Source of the DNA: Ptychomitrium polyphyllum
Taxonomy: Eukaryota
Direction: 5' to 3'
Assembly (NCBI GenBank): GCA_973851085.1
Contig: OZ316775.1
Span: forward strand, 5,332,001-5,396,000
Length of the DNA: 64,000 nt
This document shows, piece by piece, positions 24,431 through 37,300 of the stretch (within the stretch, counting starts at the first letter, position 1; the number at the start of each line of letters is the position of its first letter). Below the pieces are notes generated by a model. That model saw only the letters and a list, made by a program, of their open reading frames with translations, made no database searches and was not told where the DNA came from. Made by a program: the position numbers and the translations under genes.

Positions 24431-27400
24431 TGTCATGGATGTACATATTGGAAGCATCTAGAAAGGTTCTTAGAAGGTTTATTAAGGCTAAACAAGCTTC
24501 AAAGGAAGTTACCTTGGCTTAGAAAGCTTCCAATGAAACAATTCAAGGTTTCTTGATAACAAAATAATGTAGTAAAAGCTTCTCAAGAAGCTTCCAATGC
24601 TTGTAGTTCTACTAAATATAAAAGTCAAGGTTGAAGCAATCTTTAATTTTAACAATTCATCTCTTAGGGCCTAGCGTAGACCTTCTGGCCTTGTCTTTGT
24701 ACCTTGTTATAGCTCTTTATTTCTAATATACCTTAGACATATATTGTTCCATATTTTAAAATTCTAAATCTTTGTTTTGTCATTATTCTGTCCGTCATAG
24801 TTTATAAAGACTATCATACAATAATATTTGAGCTTAGTCTTTCTTAATAGAGAGTGAAACACCCATATTTTTGAAATTTCAAAGTATTGAAATTTTATAA
24901 ACCAGCTTCAATTTATTACCTTGTTTTAGCCTCAACGATATCCTATGGACGCTTTGTGCGTTGGTTTAGTGAAAACATTGCTCTCAGGACAAGCAATGTC
25001 TTGGTTTGCATCACTTTTTGAAAAGAATTCTTCCATACTTAGTATCTTTGATGCGTTCCTAGCTGCATTTTCAGAAGCATTTGATGACTATGACAAGCTC
25101 CATTCTGCAACCACTAAGATTTTCACTTAGCGCCAAGAGTCACATTTGATGTCAATATATGCATCAAAATTTTGACAACTTGCATGCAACATGAACTGGG
25201 GAGAATAAACGTTAATGAGTCCAGTTCATTGTTGTATATGTGACGAGGTTAAGGATTTATTGCTATTTATGGCAAATACCTAGATACTTAATGAGGCCCA
25301 TCACTCAAGCTTTGAAGTGCAATAAGTGTCTATTTCAGCATAGGTAAGATAAACAAGCTTTGATTATGCCGCGACCATTTTCCAACTTTTCAGTAGTCTT
25401 GGCTCCGTCCATTTTTTATAAGTATTTGGAAGCGGGAGCCATGTAGATTGATACGGTGTGTTTCAAGCTTTTTACTAAATATGAGAAAAAGCAACAAAGA
25501 GAGCAAGGATTGTGTTTGAATTGTGAAAAATCTGGCTATAAGGTTGATAAGTGCCTTTAGAATCCCTATGTATATATTGGATGAGAGGTACAACCACAAT
25601 GCCAAATGCTTTGCAAAAAAATGAAGATGTCTAGCCACAATAGGGACCGTGTGGCTGGATTTGCTTACTTTGCAAGAAAAAAAAGGTCTTATCTTTTTAG
25701 CCCACCTTTCCTCTTATTATACTATACCTATTTTTTTAGGTGTTTAGAAGCTCAAAAACCTTGCTTTGCTAAATTTAGGAACCTCTTCTTGCTTTATTGA
25801 CAAAGAATTTTGAAAAATCCATAAGTTTCCTTTTATTACAAAGCCCTAGCTGGTCCATGTAGAAGTCATAGATGGCCAGCCTTTGTTTTCTAGAGATATT
25901 ATTTATGAAACCAATCCATTAAAAGTAACTTTGAACAACCATAATAGCCAAGTAATGTTTAATGTCATTAAGTCTTTTTTAAGTTTCATCATCCTAAGGA
26001 TTTCTTGGTTGGAAAAGTACAACTTGCATATGAATTGGACATCTTGTAAAATAGAATTTTTGACACTAAAATCTGTAGTTACCAAGCTTAGAGAGGAAGT
26101 TCATACATTTGACAAGTATAGACCAATAAATCTCTCTTTATTAGAACTAGAGCATTTATGAGGGCAACAAAAGATGGCGCTATTACGGTCTATAATGGTT
26201 AAGGTCCATAACTACCAAACAATCAATAACTTGGTAGTTGTTTATTAGAAATACTTGTCAAAAATAAATTAACTATACCACTATTATGATTGGTAACTAC
26301 CAAGTACTATAATATTTGGTAGTTTCTTATTAAAGAGTTTAGATCTAGAAAAAACAATCTATATGAATTCATAGTTGATACTACCAAATGGAAGAGACAT
26401 AGTAATAGTAAGGAATAAATTATAAACTATTATAAAATTGGCCAAAATAGACAATCCCTCATATAAATACATACTCAATGACAAAATTGATAAATGAATT
26501 AAAAGATGGAGTGTATAACTTATTTCATAGGATAAAGCTAAATACAATACACCCTCAATTTTCTTGGTTGAGTGTTTAAGTACTAGATTAAAGATCCTAT
26601 AAAAGTAGATCTACATCTGTTTGTTTGAACTAACAGACTGCTATTACCATCCGGTATTTATTGTTGAAAGATATCTGATAATACCGATAGGGCGAGATTG
26701 GTAGAAAAAGTCTGATAGTACCATATCTAACACTCGATAGCCTAGTAACAAGCGCTTCTTTTACTATGTATGCAACTCCAATGTTCATAGATATAGCTTT
26801 ATCATTAACCACTTTAGAAAAGTATAAGGAATTCAACAATGTATTTAAAAAGAAAAATGAAAATACCCTACTAGAATATTGTCTCTACAACTGTGCTATA
26901 CACCTCTAAGATGGTGCTGAGCCATCATTTGGACCTATCTCAAGTTTATTCCAACACAAGCTTTTGACATTAAGAGAGAATATTGATGAAAACTTAGCCA
27001 AGAATTTCAATATTTAACATTCAAAGTTTCTTGCTAGTGCTTTTATACTTTTTGTAAAGAATAAAGATGGATCTTTACGAATGTGTGTCAATTACCGTGG
27101 CCTCAATAAAATGATGTTGAAGAACTGATATCCATTGCTGTTGATATTTGGGCTTTTTGATCAACTTGGCCAAGTAAAGATCTATACTAAAATAGACCTG
27201 CTAGGAGCCTACAACTTAGTGCGCATCAAAGAAGGAGACAAATGCAAGACAACATTTTGAAGAAGGTATGGACATTTTGAATATAATCTCATGCCTTTTG
27301 GACTTATCAACGCACTCGCCATTTTTCAACATCCAATGAATGATATATTTTGAGAATACCTCAATGATTTTGTCGTATGCTATTTGGTTGATATCTTGAT

Positions 27401-28210
27401 CTATTTAAAGAACTCAGAGGAATATGAACAATATGTCCGCATAGTCCTACAAAAATTACAAAATGCTAGTTTACATGCTAAGCTGGAAAATGTGGCTTCC
27501 ACAAGTTTCAAGTAACATTCCTTGGCTATATCATTTCAAACAAAGGACTATTGATGGATCCAAAGAAGGTTGAAGCAATCAGCAATTGGACAAGTTCAAA
27601 ATTGGTCTGTGATGTCCAATGCTTTTTTAGATTTTCAAACTTCTATAGAATCTTTATCAAAGACTATTTTTGAACAGCTGCACTAGTCACGCGGCTAACA
27701 TGCAAAGAAAAGCTTCAATGAAGATCCAATGTCAAAGATCCATTTCACAGTTTGAAGCAAGTTTTTATTATAGCTCCTATTCAAATCCATTTGGATTTTT
27801 CAAAGCCATTTTATATGATGATAGATGCTTCGAACTTTGCATTAGGAGCAATTTTGTTGCAACCAAGAAAAAAAAAAGACTCCATTCGATTGCATTCCAT
27901 TTGAGAAAATTTCAAGCTGCAAAAATCAATTATGAGATCAACAACAAGAAACTCCTTGCAATTGTGGATTCCTTCCAAGAATATTGCCACTTGTTCAAAA
28001 GTGTTATGCGTCCAGTTTTTGTATATACGGACCACAAAAATCTAGAAATTTCATATCCGCCAGCATTTTGAATTATTGCCAAGCCCATTGGAGTATGCCT
28101 CTATCTCAATTTGATTTTTGCATTGCATATCAATCCAAAAAACAGCAACGGTTGACAGATGCTTTATTAAGGAGGTCATAACTTGTGACAAAGAAAGGAG
28201 AGGCAGCATA
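24431..28210 (+). mobile_element. Ty3/gypsy family B element, 3'-truncated (5' LTR, gag, PR, RT, RNase H pseudogene)
   Basis: LTR 24431-24799. Gag LLSGQAMSWFA. RT motifs [40 protein letters not shown]. RNase H NYEINNKKLLAIVDSF and VYTDHKNL. Many stops and frameshifts. Confidence 0.88.
26181..26750 (-). mobile_element. Solo LTR (family C-related) inserted between PR and RT of the family B element
   Basis: Termini t(a)ttac...gtaaca, TSD GGCGC/AGCGC (26176-26180 / 26751-26755). The host sequence resumes after it. Reverse-complement similarity to 46010-46338. Confidence 0.8.
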
Positions 28211-28663
28211 TGTTACTAACAAAGTAACCACAAGATAAAGCTCCAGGATTTTAGAATGTGGAACAAGATAAGTCCACGTATATTAGAGGTATAGAGCTAC
28301 AACAAGGAACAAAAGACGAGGCCAGAAGGTTTGAGCTAGATCATAAGAGATGTATTGTCGAGACTAAAGAGCTCTTTAGCCTTGACTCCTATATACACTA
28401 GAACTACAAGCCTTGGAAGTTTCCTGAGAAGCTTCACCTACATTGCTTTGTATTCAAGCAATCTTGAGTTGCTTCCTTGGAAGCTTCCTTAGTCAAGGCA
28501 ACTTCCTTGGAAGCTTTTTAACCCAAAGGTAACTTCTTTGTAAGCTTTGTAAGTCAAGGAAACTTCTTAAATTTTCTAAGAACCTTTCTAGATGCTTCTA
28601 ATATATATGTCTGTGACATCACCTCCCTTTCTAGCTCCAAGGTCTCTAAGGAGTAACAAATGC

Positions 28664-29014
28664 TTAGAGTTGTAAAAAGTTAAAAATTTGTCGCATGGTA
28701 TGTACAATATATTTCAATTGCCTTTCTTGATTTAAATGGTTAATGGGTCTTTGTAACCATCGATAGTATCCAACGCCTTCTACTTGGAATCAAGCATGAA
28801 CTTCAGGATCTTTGTTGTGAAAGCGTCCTTCAAAAATAGCTTCTGAATAACTTTTGTAAGCCCACTTCACTTCAAAGACAATTACCAATGATCTATTGTT
28901 GGATATCTTTTGAAGTCTTCTTGGTCCAATTTGTTCTTTATCACGAGGTCATCGATGAGAGCCACTTGGTTGGATTGGCACCACTGGCATGGTATTTACA
29001 TCTTGACTATCCAT
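28664..29014 (-). pseudogene. Extra 3' ORF (ORF3) of the family B chromovirus, 116 codons plus stop, unknown function
   Basis: ATG-to-TAA frame with no frameshift and only two internal TGA codons (CGA decay). Protein-level similarity to 39718-40176. Confidence 0.75.
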
Positions 29015-29845
29015 ATCTAATATATCAAGCTAGTTTCAAAGAACTATGATAAACTTCAAAATACAAATAATTAGTTTTTAAATCATGTCTGGGACTTTGG
29101 AAACTTATGATCTAGGAATTGCTTTCTCTCTTGCTTAAAAGCCTAAGCATGAAGAACCTTCAAGGTTATACAGCCATATCGAGCCACTGTTCCATTTACT
29201 GCTACTTTTTGTTTGGATGGATGTTGTTAATATAACTCACAAACTTTTATTAGTGAATTGGCAAGATTGTTAGTTAGCTCCCATATACGTTCATTGATGT
29301 CATATCCGTACCAATGTGCCAAGTATTCCAGCTTTTTATGTGTTATTTGTGAGTCAAGCACTTCTTCCACTTCAAATTCATAATGATCGTCAATTTTGAC
29401 CATAGATGGTGGCGGTTGCCTTTGTCCAAGGATACTTAATTCCTTATAAGTCTCCAAACGTGAAACGTGGAAGATGCGATGTACTTTCATTGATGTTGGT
29501 AGTTCCAAACGATATGCCACGTGGTTGATTTGTTTTTCGATTGCAAATGGTCCCAATCTGCGATAGTCCAGCTTGTCACATGGCCTACTAATCTTTATGT
29601 TGTGTCAAAGGAGCCATACCTTCTCACCAACCTAGAATGGAGGTTGTTCCTTCCTTGTTGCATTTGCTGCCGTTTTGTATTGTTCTTGAGCTTCTTCTAG
29701 TTGAGTCTTCATGGTTGTTTGAAGCTCTGCCATTCTTTTCGCAAATTCTTCAGCTGCTAGATTTTCAAATCGTGGAGGCTTAACATATCCATTTTTGGAT
29801 GATGTCCATAATTGGAGTAAAATGGCGTTTGTAAGGTGGAAGCGT

Positions 29846-31382
29846 TGTAGTGATGTATTTAATTGTATAGTTTAAAATTTGAATATTATTTGTTATTTGG
29901 TATATTTGAAAAAGAATATTAGGAAAAATAAATAATTAGATTAAAAAAAGGTTGTGATGAAACCACAATTTATATTTGTCCTGGAGGTGAAATCGCATCT
30001 TGTTTTAGCTCAAGGTAAATATGCCGATTGACTATAGTTTTTCCTGCTTGCCATTTTTACTAGCAATATCAAGTCAAGTCCTATTATTATAACTCAACAA
30101 ATCCGATAAGAATCGAATTTGGACCGGTTTAGCAGCTGGAACTTATCCAGTCAACCAAGTTCATGAATTGGTATCTAATCCTACCTTGACAGTGGTTTTA
30201 TTTTTAACTTGTTTCTTGTTGAATTTCAATATTTTTCTTATTTAAATTTTTTTTTTTTATAGCTTTTTTAGTTTCTATTTTAGATTTGTGAAGGCTTATT
30301 TTTTCTTCTTTATAGTTGGAATTTAGAAGTTTCAACCAAAAGAAAAAAAAGAAAAAAAAGCTAAAGAAAAGGATTCAGGTTGTTTTTTATTTGAATATAT
30401 GATTAAATAAGAATTTGATACAAAAGATTTGGGGTTAATGTGGAGAAATATAGCTGATGCAGAGTGATAAGGGGCGGATGTGGCGGTTTGACTACCGCCC
30501 TCTTCTTCTCTCTCAGCTTCTTTCGCTAGAATAAGAAGGCAGCCCATCTTTGGGTGAACTTTCATAGTATACTTCTTCAAATGGATTTATTTTTGTTGGA
30601 TTTTCTTCTTTTCTTTTTAAACTTTTCAAAAAGCCATCATATGCTCCATTTGGAGTTAGTATGTGGTCGTGGCTTTAGTTTAAATAAAGTTAAGTTAGTT
30701 GCCTTGAGTTTCTGAGGGCAGCTATTTGAATGTTTGTAACTTATTATAAAAAAAACATCTTTTGTAAGTGAAATTTTGAGAAAAAAGTTTAGATTACTTC
30801 AAAAAGATGGTATCAAAAATTGGTGAGCATTGGACTTCTTGAGCAAAAGATACAAAGAAAAATGAAACCGGGGCTTAGAGGGCAGTGTATAGTAGAATTT
30901 GGAGTTGCACAATTTGGGTCATTGTAGATGATTGAAAGGATTTATAAGGTTGATCTTTTGAAAAGGTGTTAATTATAAGATAGATATTATGTACACAAAG
31001 TTTAAAGTTTGAATTTGCGATAAAAGAAGAATCATGAAGTGGTAAAATGATAGGGTTATAGAAGTTGTATCAATGAAGAATATAAACTTTGAAGTTATGG
31101 ATTTTAGAGGGTACTAAGGATTTATTAACTAAAATTTATATATAGCATACTGAATGTTTTAAGAAGGTTTTGTTAAAGTTTTAGATGCTTTGGATTAGTT
31201 TGCTAGAAGTTATGACATGTTTAGCATTTGGGATTTTCAAGGCAGCATAAAGGGAAAATTTAGGTTAGGATATTTGCTTCATTGGATGTTAAAAATAGAA
31301 ACTCTTCATGAGTCTTGACCTTGATCAATTAGATGCTAAAGAAAACCCTGTATTTCCTATAGCTATCACTTTCACCACGACA
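29846..31382. mobile_element. Unclassified TG...CA-bounded insertion of about 1.5 kb (possible large solo LTR or non-autonomous element)
   Basis: Imperfect terminal inverted ends tgtagtgatg / caccacgaca, near-TSD GCGT/GCGC, no coding similarity seen. Confidence 0.55.
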
Positions 31383-34300
31383 GCGCATTTTGGGATAAAT
31401 TATAAGTATGTCCAAATTGTTACTAGGCGCCACCTTGGAGGTGTATGACACAGTTGTTAGGAAGATATTCTGGCAAGATGTCTGCATTTTTCTTTTCAAA
31501 GACATCGTTGAATTCCTTATACTTTTGTAGAATGATTGAGGATGGAACCACAACTTTGAACGTTGAAATTGCATATATTGCAAAAAAAACACATGTCTTT
31601 GCTACTTTCATAAATGCTTTAGCTCTAGTGAAGAGAGGCTTTTTAGATGTATAAGATGCTTCAGCTTCCTCCATAGGCTTAGTAGTTACAGTTTCTAATG
31701 ATGGAAATTCTATTTTGTAGGATGCCCAATTTATCTGCAGGTTGTACTTTTCAAACCAAGAAAGTCCAACAATGACGGAGACATAATGACATTAAATATC
31801 ACTTGAATATTATGATTGTCCAATATAACTATTAATGGATTGGTCTTATGAATATCATCTCTAGAAGATAATGGTCGACCATCTATGACTTCTGCATGGA
31901 CAAGTTTGAATTTTATAATAATATGAAATTTATGGATTTTCAAAAATTCTTCTTCAATAAAGCAAACAGAGGCTCCAAAATCTATTAGAGCAAGGCTTTA
32001 GAGCTTCTGAACACCTAAACAAACAAGTATAGTAAAACAAAAAGAAGGATGGGCTAATAGAACAAGACCTTTGTTTTCTTACGAAGGAAGCGGATTCAAC
32101 TACACGGTCCTTATTGTGGCTTGGCGTCTTTGTTTTCCTGCAAAACATTTGGCATGGTGGTTATACTTCTCATCTAATATGTACGTAGAGGTTTGTCTAG
32201 GCAGTTATTAATTTTGTGACTAGATTTTCCACAATACAAACACAACACTTGTTTCTTTTGTCGCTTCTTCTCATGATCGATAACGGGTTTGAAGAACACC
32301 GCATCAATCTGCATGGCTTCTGCTCCCAAATACTTATTAAAGATAAACGGGACTGCAGCTACTAAAAAGTTGGTATAAGACCGAGGCGTAATCAAAGTCT
32401 ATTTATCTTGTCAACATTGAAATAGACGATTATTGCACCTCAAAGCTTGGTTGATGGCCTCATTAAGTGTTTGAAGGTCTAGCATGGATAGCAATAGATC
32501 CTCAACCTTGTTGCATACACCCCAACAAAATTGACTCATCAACGCTTCTTCTCACCAATTGATGTTGCATGCAATTTGTCAAAATTTCGATGCATAATTT
32601 GACATACAATGTGGCCCTTGGTGCAAGGTACAAATCTTAGTAGTTGCAGATTGAAGCTTATCATGGTCACCAAATGCTTCTGCAAACGCGGTTAAGAACG
32701 CATAAAAGTTGCTAAGTATAGAGGAATTCTTTTCAAAAAGTGGTGCAAACCAGAACAATGCTTGTCCTAAGAGCAATATTCTTACCAACTCAAAATGCAA
32801 AGCGTCCATGGAATACCGCCTAGATTAAAGCAAGGTAATAAGTTGAATTTGGTTTACAAAGCCTCGAAATTTTGAACGCGTACCATCAAACTTCTCTGGA
32901 AGGCTGATTCTTGGTTCTTTGGTCATTCGCATTGAATTTTCGGCTTGAATTTGTCCATAATCTACCAAAGCAGGTCTAGACAATGAAACAGCTAAGTTGA
33001 TTTGAAATAGCAACTGCAGTGCATTTGTTGTTTAACCATTGTGTATGGTTATATACAGTTTTTTGTTTTCCTTGGATAAAGTCTTAGTCTTGATCCTCAA
33101 TACTTCAAGGGCATTAATAATGGAATCTAACTTGGCTACTTTTGAATTAGTTGTATTGGTTGTTTCACTTTCTGATTTAGAAATAAACTAAAAGTAGATA
33201 AAACATATTAAATATGCAAGAAACGAAAGAAAATTCAAGAAGAAATATCAATCTAATGGAAGATAATCCGCAATCCTTAGAGTGCTATAGTGCTTTTGAG
33301 AAAGAAGGGCAATCCGCTTCCTATCAAGAAAGACCAAGTTATGATATTCTTGTATGGCAATCTTGACAAACTGTTACTGATAGAGTATTTACAAGATAAG
33401 GCTTTAGGATTCCAGGATGTAGAACAAGATAAGTATAAGTATATTAGAGGTATAGAGCTACAACAAGGTGAAAAAAACATGGCCAGAAGGTCTGAGCTAG
33501 ACCAGAAGAGATGTATTGTCGAGACTGAAGAGCTCTTTAGCCTTGATTCCTATATATACTAGAATTATAAGCCTTGGAAGTTTCTTGAGAAGTTTCACCT
33601 ACATTGCTTTGTACTCAAGCAAATCTTAAGTTGTTTCTTTGGAAGCTTCCTCAGCTAAGGCAACTTCCTTGGAAGCATCTTAACCCGTAGGTGACTTCCT
33701 TGGAAGCTTCCTAATATAAAGGTAATTTCCTTGGAAGCTTCCTAAGCCATGGCAACTTCCTTAGAAGCTTTCTAAATCTTCTAAGAACCTTTCTAGATGC
33801 TTTTAATATGTATGTCCATGACAAATGCAAGCAATTGTCCATTGATAATTGCAATAGGTATGGTGTGAGCTAAAGAATCGGCTCAATTGGTCAATTTTCA
33901 TCAATTGTTAATTATTAGCATTAATTGCTAGAAAATGGACTTTTAATAGTACTAATTAGAATCATTCTAGTGACTAACTAATCTTAAGGGTGGTTAGGCT
34001 AGTTTAATCCATGAAAAATATCAAGAAATCATGGAAGTTATTATTTATGGCAAAAAAGTGAATTAGTGGTCAGACTTAATTAGTATTTTAGAATGATTAA
34101 TCACAAGGGGTTGTGGTTAGATTAGCAAGTTGAACAAGGAGGTCCAAAAGGAATTTCTTCCAACTAAAAGAACTAAAGATTACTTGCTATAACCAAGTGT
34201 AAACAAAGTACAAAAAAAAAAAAACAAAACATTGCAAGTAGTTAGAACCAAGTCATTGATAAGATACAAAAATTTAGTAAGAAGTTATTATTTAGTTAGT

Positions 34301-37300
34301 GGAAACTTAGATGAATTAGTTGAAGTCAATTGTAAGTAGGTGGAACATAAGTTAAATTAGTATGACCATCCAAGTTAGTGCAAGGAGTTAGAAATGGTTG
34401 AGGTTGGTTAGGATTCCACCTTGTCATTGAGATAAGGCGGCTTAGTTTAAAATTAGGTGCTGGGGTTTAAAATTTAAGGCACAATGCTAAGACATTGAAA
34501 AGTGACTGAAAAAGAGAAAAGGTGGCCAAAGGGAGAAGTAAGAGAAGAGAGTGAGGGTGAAAGTGGGGAATGCTAAAACTTTAACAAGAGATTGCAAACA
34601 AACAACAATAGTTATGATAGTGGAATTTTATAGGAAGGAAGTAGAAAAAGTAAGAATTCTAATAAGCTAAGGATTGTCTAATTTCAATTAAAGACAAGGT
34701 GGTGGCGGTGTTTTTAATAGACGAAGGTTGGCTACAGTTGCAATTCAAGATATTCAACTTTGGAGGAGCAGATCATTGCGCATACAATTTCAAACTGAAA
34801 AAGTAGATCAAGTTGTGAAAATTTTATACATACAAATATCACAAGATTTGGAGCTATAAGGCGTAGATGGTGGGCGATTTGGTGCGACAAGGTCTACACC
34901 TGGCGATTTCATTGCGCCTACTTAGGGTTGAAACATGCTCCCAAATTTAGATTGTTTTTTTTCTTGCCTTTTGAGAACAGGTTTTGAAATTTTGAAAGAA
35001 GTTAGATCTAGTAGTTGCAGTTTTATAGACACCAAGATCATAAGATTTGAAGCTGTGAGGTTCTATAAATACCGAGATCATAAGATTTGAAGCTGTGAGG
35101 CACTGGTGGTTTTTGATTTGGTATAAGGAAATCTTGCTGCCTTAAGTGAAAAGTATTGTGAGATTGAGTAGAGTAATAATTTGGTGGTTAGTGGTTTGGA
35201 CCACTAAATAAGAAAAAATATTTTCTTAAATCAAGGCCAATCAACTGACTAAAGTCTTCTAAAATATTAAGTCATTAGAGTTGTAATAAACAAGTAGTTA
35301 TTTAAGATATAGCTATTTTACTACACTTCTAGTTAGATGTTCACTAATGTATGAAAAAACTTGAATAATTATGAATTTGAGCCTAATCTAATTAAATCTT
35401 ATCTTGGACTACAACGCAACTTAGATAACCATAATCTAATTAAAACTGTGCAAACTAAATTGGCCTTTTGTATAGTGAAGGTTAATTTAGGCTTATATAT
35501 GGGATGTTTTTTGTTCATAAGCACCATGTGTTGTTTGGTTGCAAAATCCTTATCTATGAAGCATGCCATTGCACTAGTGTTTAAAAGAGCTTCAATAATT
35601 ATTACATCATCTAATAATTTAATTTTGATAGAAAATGTAAAGTAAAGGATAGGAGTTGGAAACAATAAGCGACCTTGATTTGATGGTCGTTTATTTTTAG
35701 TGTCAAGTAGCATGGTCTCTTTTGTGACTTATCATTCTTATTTTCCAACAACAACATTGTGCTTTGAGTTTTAAAGTCAAATTCTTTAATTTGGCGATCT
35801 TGCTTTTAAAATCTAGACTTGCTACAATACAAACATAAGTTTTTTTTTAGATGTTTTTTTTTTTTTTTTGAGACAAACGTTTAAATTGGTCAACATCAAT
35901 TTTCATAGGTTCTGGTGCTTGTAGTTGGCTTTCCAATACTTTTGAAGAAGTGGTTGCCATGCCTTGATGTATTAATCGCCATTCCAAGCGTTATTCTTGG
36001 CGCCTCTCAAATAATCTATTATCACATGCTATTGCTTGAGTGATGAATTCGTCCAACGTTTCAACCTTTGGCATTGTGAGTAGCAGGTCCTTCATATTTT
36101 CTTTCAAGTTCCATAAGAATTGTGTGACTAAGGCCTTATCATTCTAATCAAGGTCGCAAGCTAATTGTTGAAACTTTGCAGCATATGCAACCATCGAGCA
36201 TTGTCCTAATTGTAGACTTTGGATTCTTGTTTCACTCATTCTTTTTTAGTTGCTGTCTCTAAAGGTAAATGTCAACGTTTTCATAAAAACATATAAATTA
36301 TTCAACAATATTGAATTCTTCTTTATCAATGATGCAAACCATGATAGTGCATTATTTAATAGAGGAGTGGTTAAAAATTCTACTTGAGTAGTGCCATTAG
36401 GATGATAAAATTGATGAAAATTGAGGAAGAACCTTATTTATTGAATGAAGCTTCTCAACTTTGATCTTGGTCCTTCAAACTTATCTGGCATATTAAGCTT
36501 TGGCTCAACATGGTTTTGATCTAAGACCTATCTTCCAATATTAGCCCCTCACACTCAAATAATTTCTCAATATAAATTTTAAATATGACCATTGAATTCT
36601 TCAGCCTGACAAGTATGTTATTTTATATTATTTGTGATATTGAAGCAAGCAGATTCCATTTGAATAGTATTTAATAACTCTTGAAGGTTTACAATAGTTG
36701 CAAATTTATTCTTTTGTGTTTCTTGTATGCTATCCATACTCAGTCCAATAGACTTTGTAAATGAAGAAGAAAAAGAAGAAAACAAAGAACTAACTTAGAA
36801 GAGGGTAGTCCTCAATTTCTAATGATTGTTTATATTTTCAAGAAAAAATACTATATAATTAAAATTGTCAAAAACAAAAAGGCTATCAATATCTTCAATG
36901 AAGAGTAATGTGTGTCATTTGAAAGATTAGTTCTTTTTAAAAAGAAGTAGCACTTTCTTTTAGTAGAAGAAATCAACTTATGGTGTTAACTTAGAAGAGA
37001 GTAATCCACAACTTCTAAAACACTATGGAATCTTAAAAAAGATGGGTAATCCACTATCTTCTTCAAAGAACCTTAGATCTAACAAAGATGAAGAATAGTC
37101 TTGCCAAATTGTTAAGAACACAAAAAACAAGAAGGAGATATGAATTGGTTTCTAAGAACTAGTTTCCACAGTGCTAATGATTAATAAGAATTAATACAAA
37201 GACTAGAATAAGAGCACAATACAATATGATCTACAATTTGTATTGGCAAGACCAAGGTATACATATTGTCTTGCCTCCTATTTATATTATAACGCTTGTA

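Larger units (their letters stand above)
28211..33823 (-). mobile_element. Ty3/gypsy chromovirus family B element, two LTRs, RT/RH/most of INT deleted
   Basis: 3' LTR 28211-28618 with PPT (AAAGGGAGGTGA). 5' LTR 33372-33823. Gag PRISLPEKFDGTRSKFRGF with a CCHC knuckle. Protease LALIDFGASVCFI. INT C-terminus GPF...YRLELP...HRIFHVS. Chromodomain EFEVEEVLDS...EYLAHWYGY. Flanks GCATA / AATGC do not form a TSD. Confidence 0.88.

Noticed and set aside
30808..30820. TGGTATCAAAA resembling a tRNA-Met PBS
   Set aside because: Not preceded by an LTR-ending CA and no paired LTR was found.
33290..33562. ORFs within LTRs (also 38839-39210 and 45207-45401)
   Set aside because: Not maintained between LTR copies, unlike ORF3.
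35024..35100. 40-bp tandem duplication in unclassified repeat DNA
   Set aside because: Ordinary local duplication inside a TE relic.
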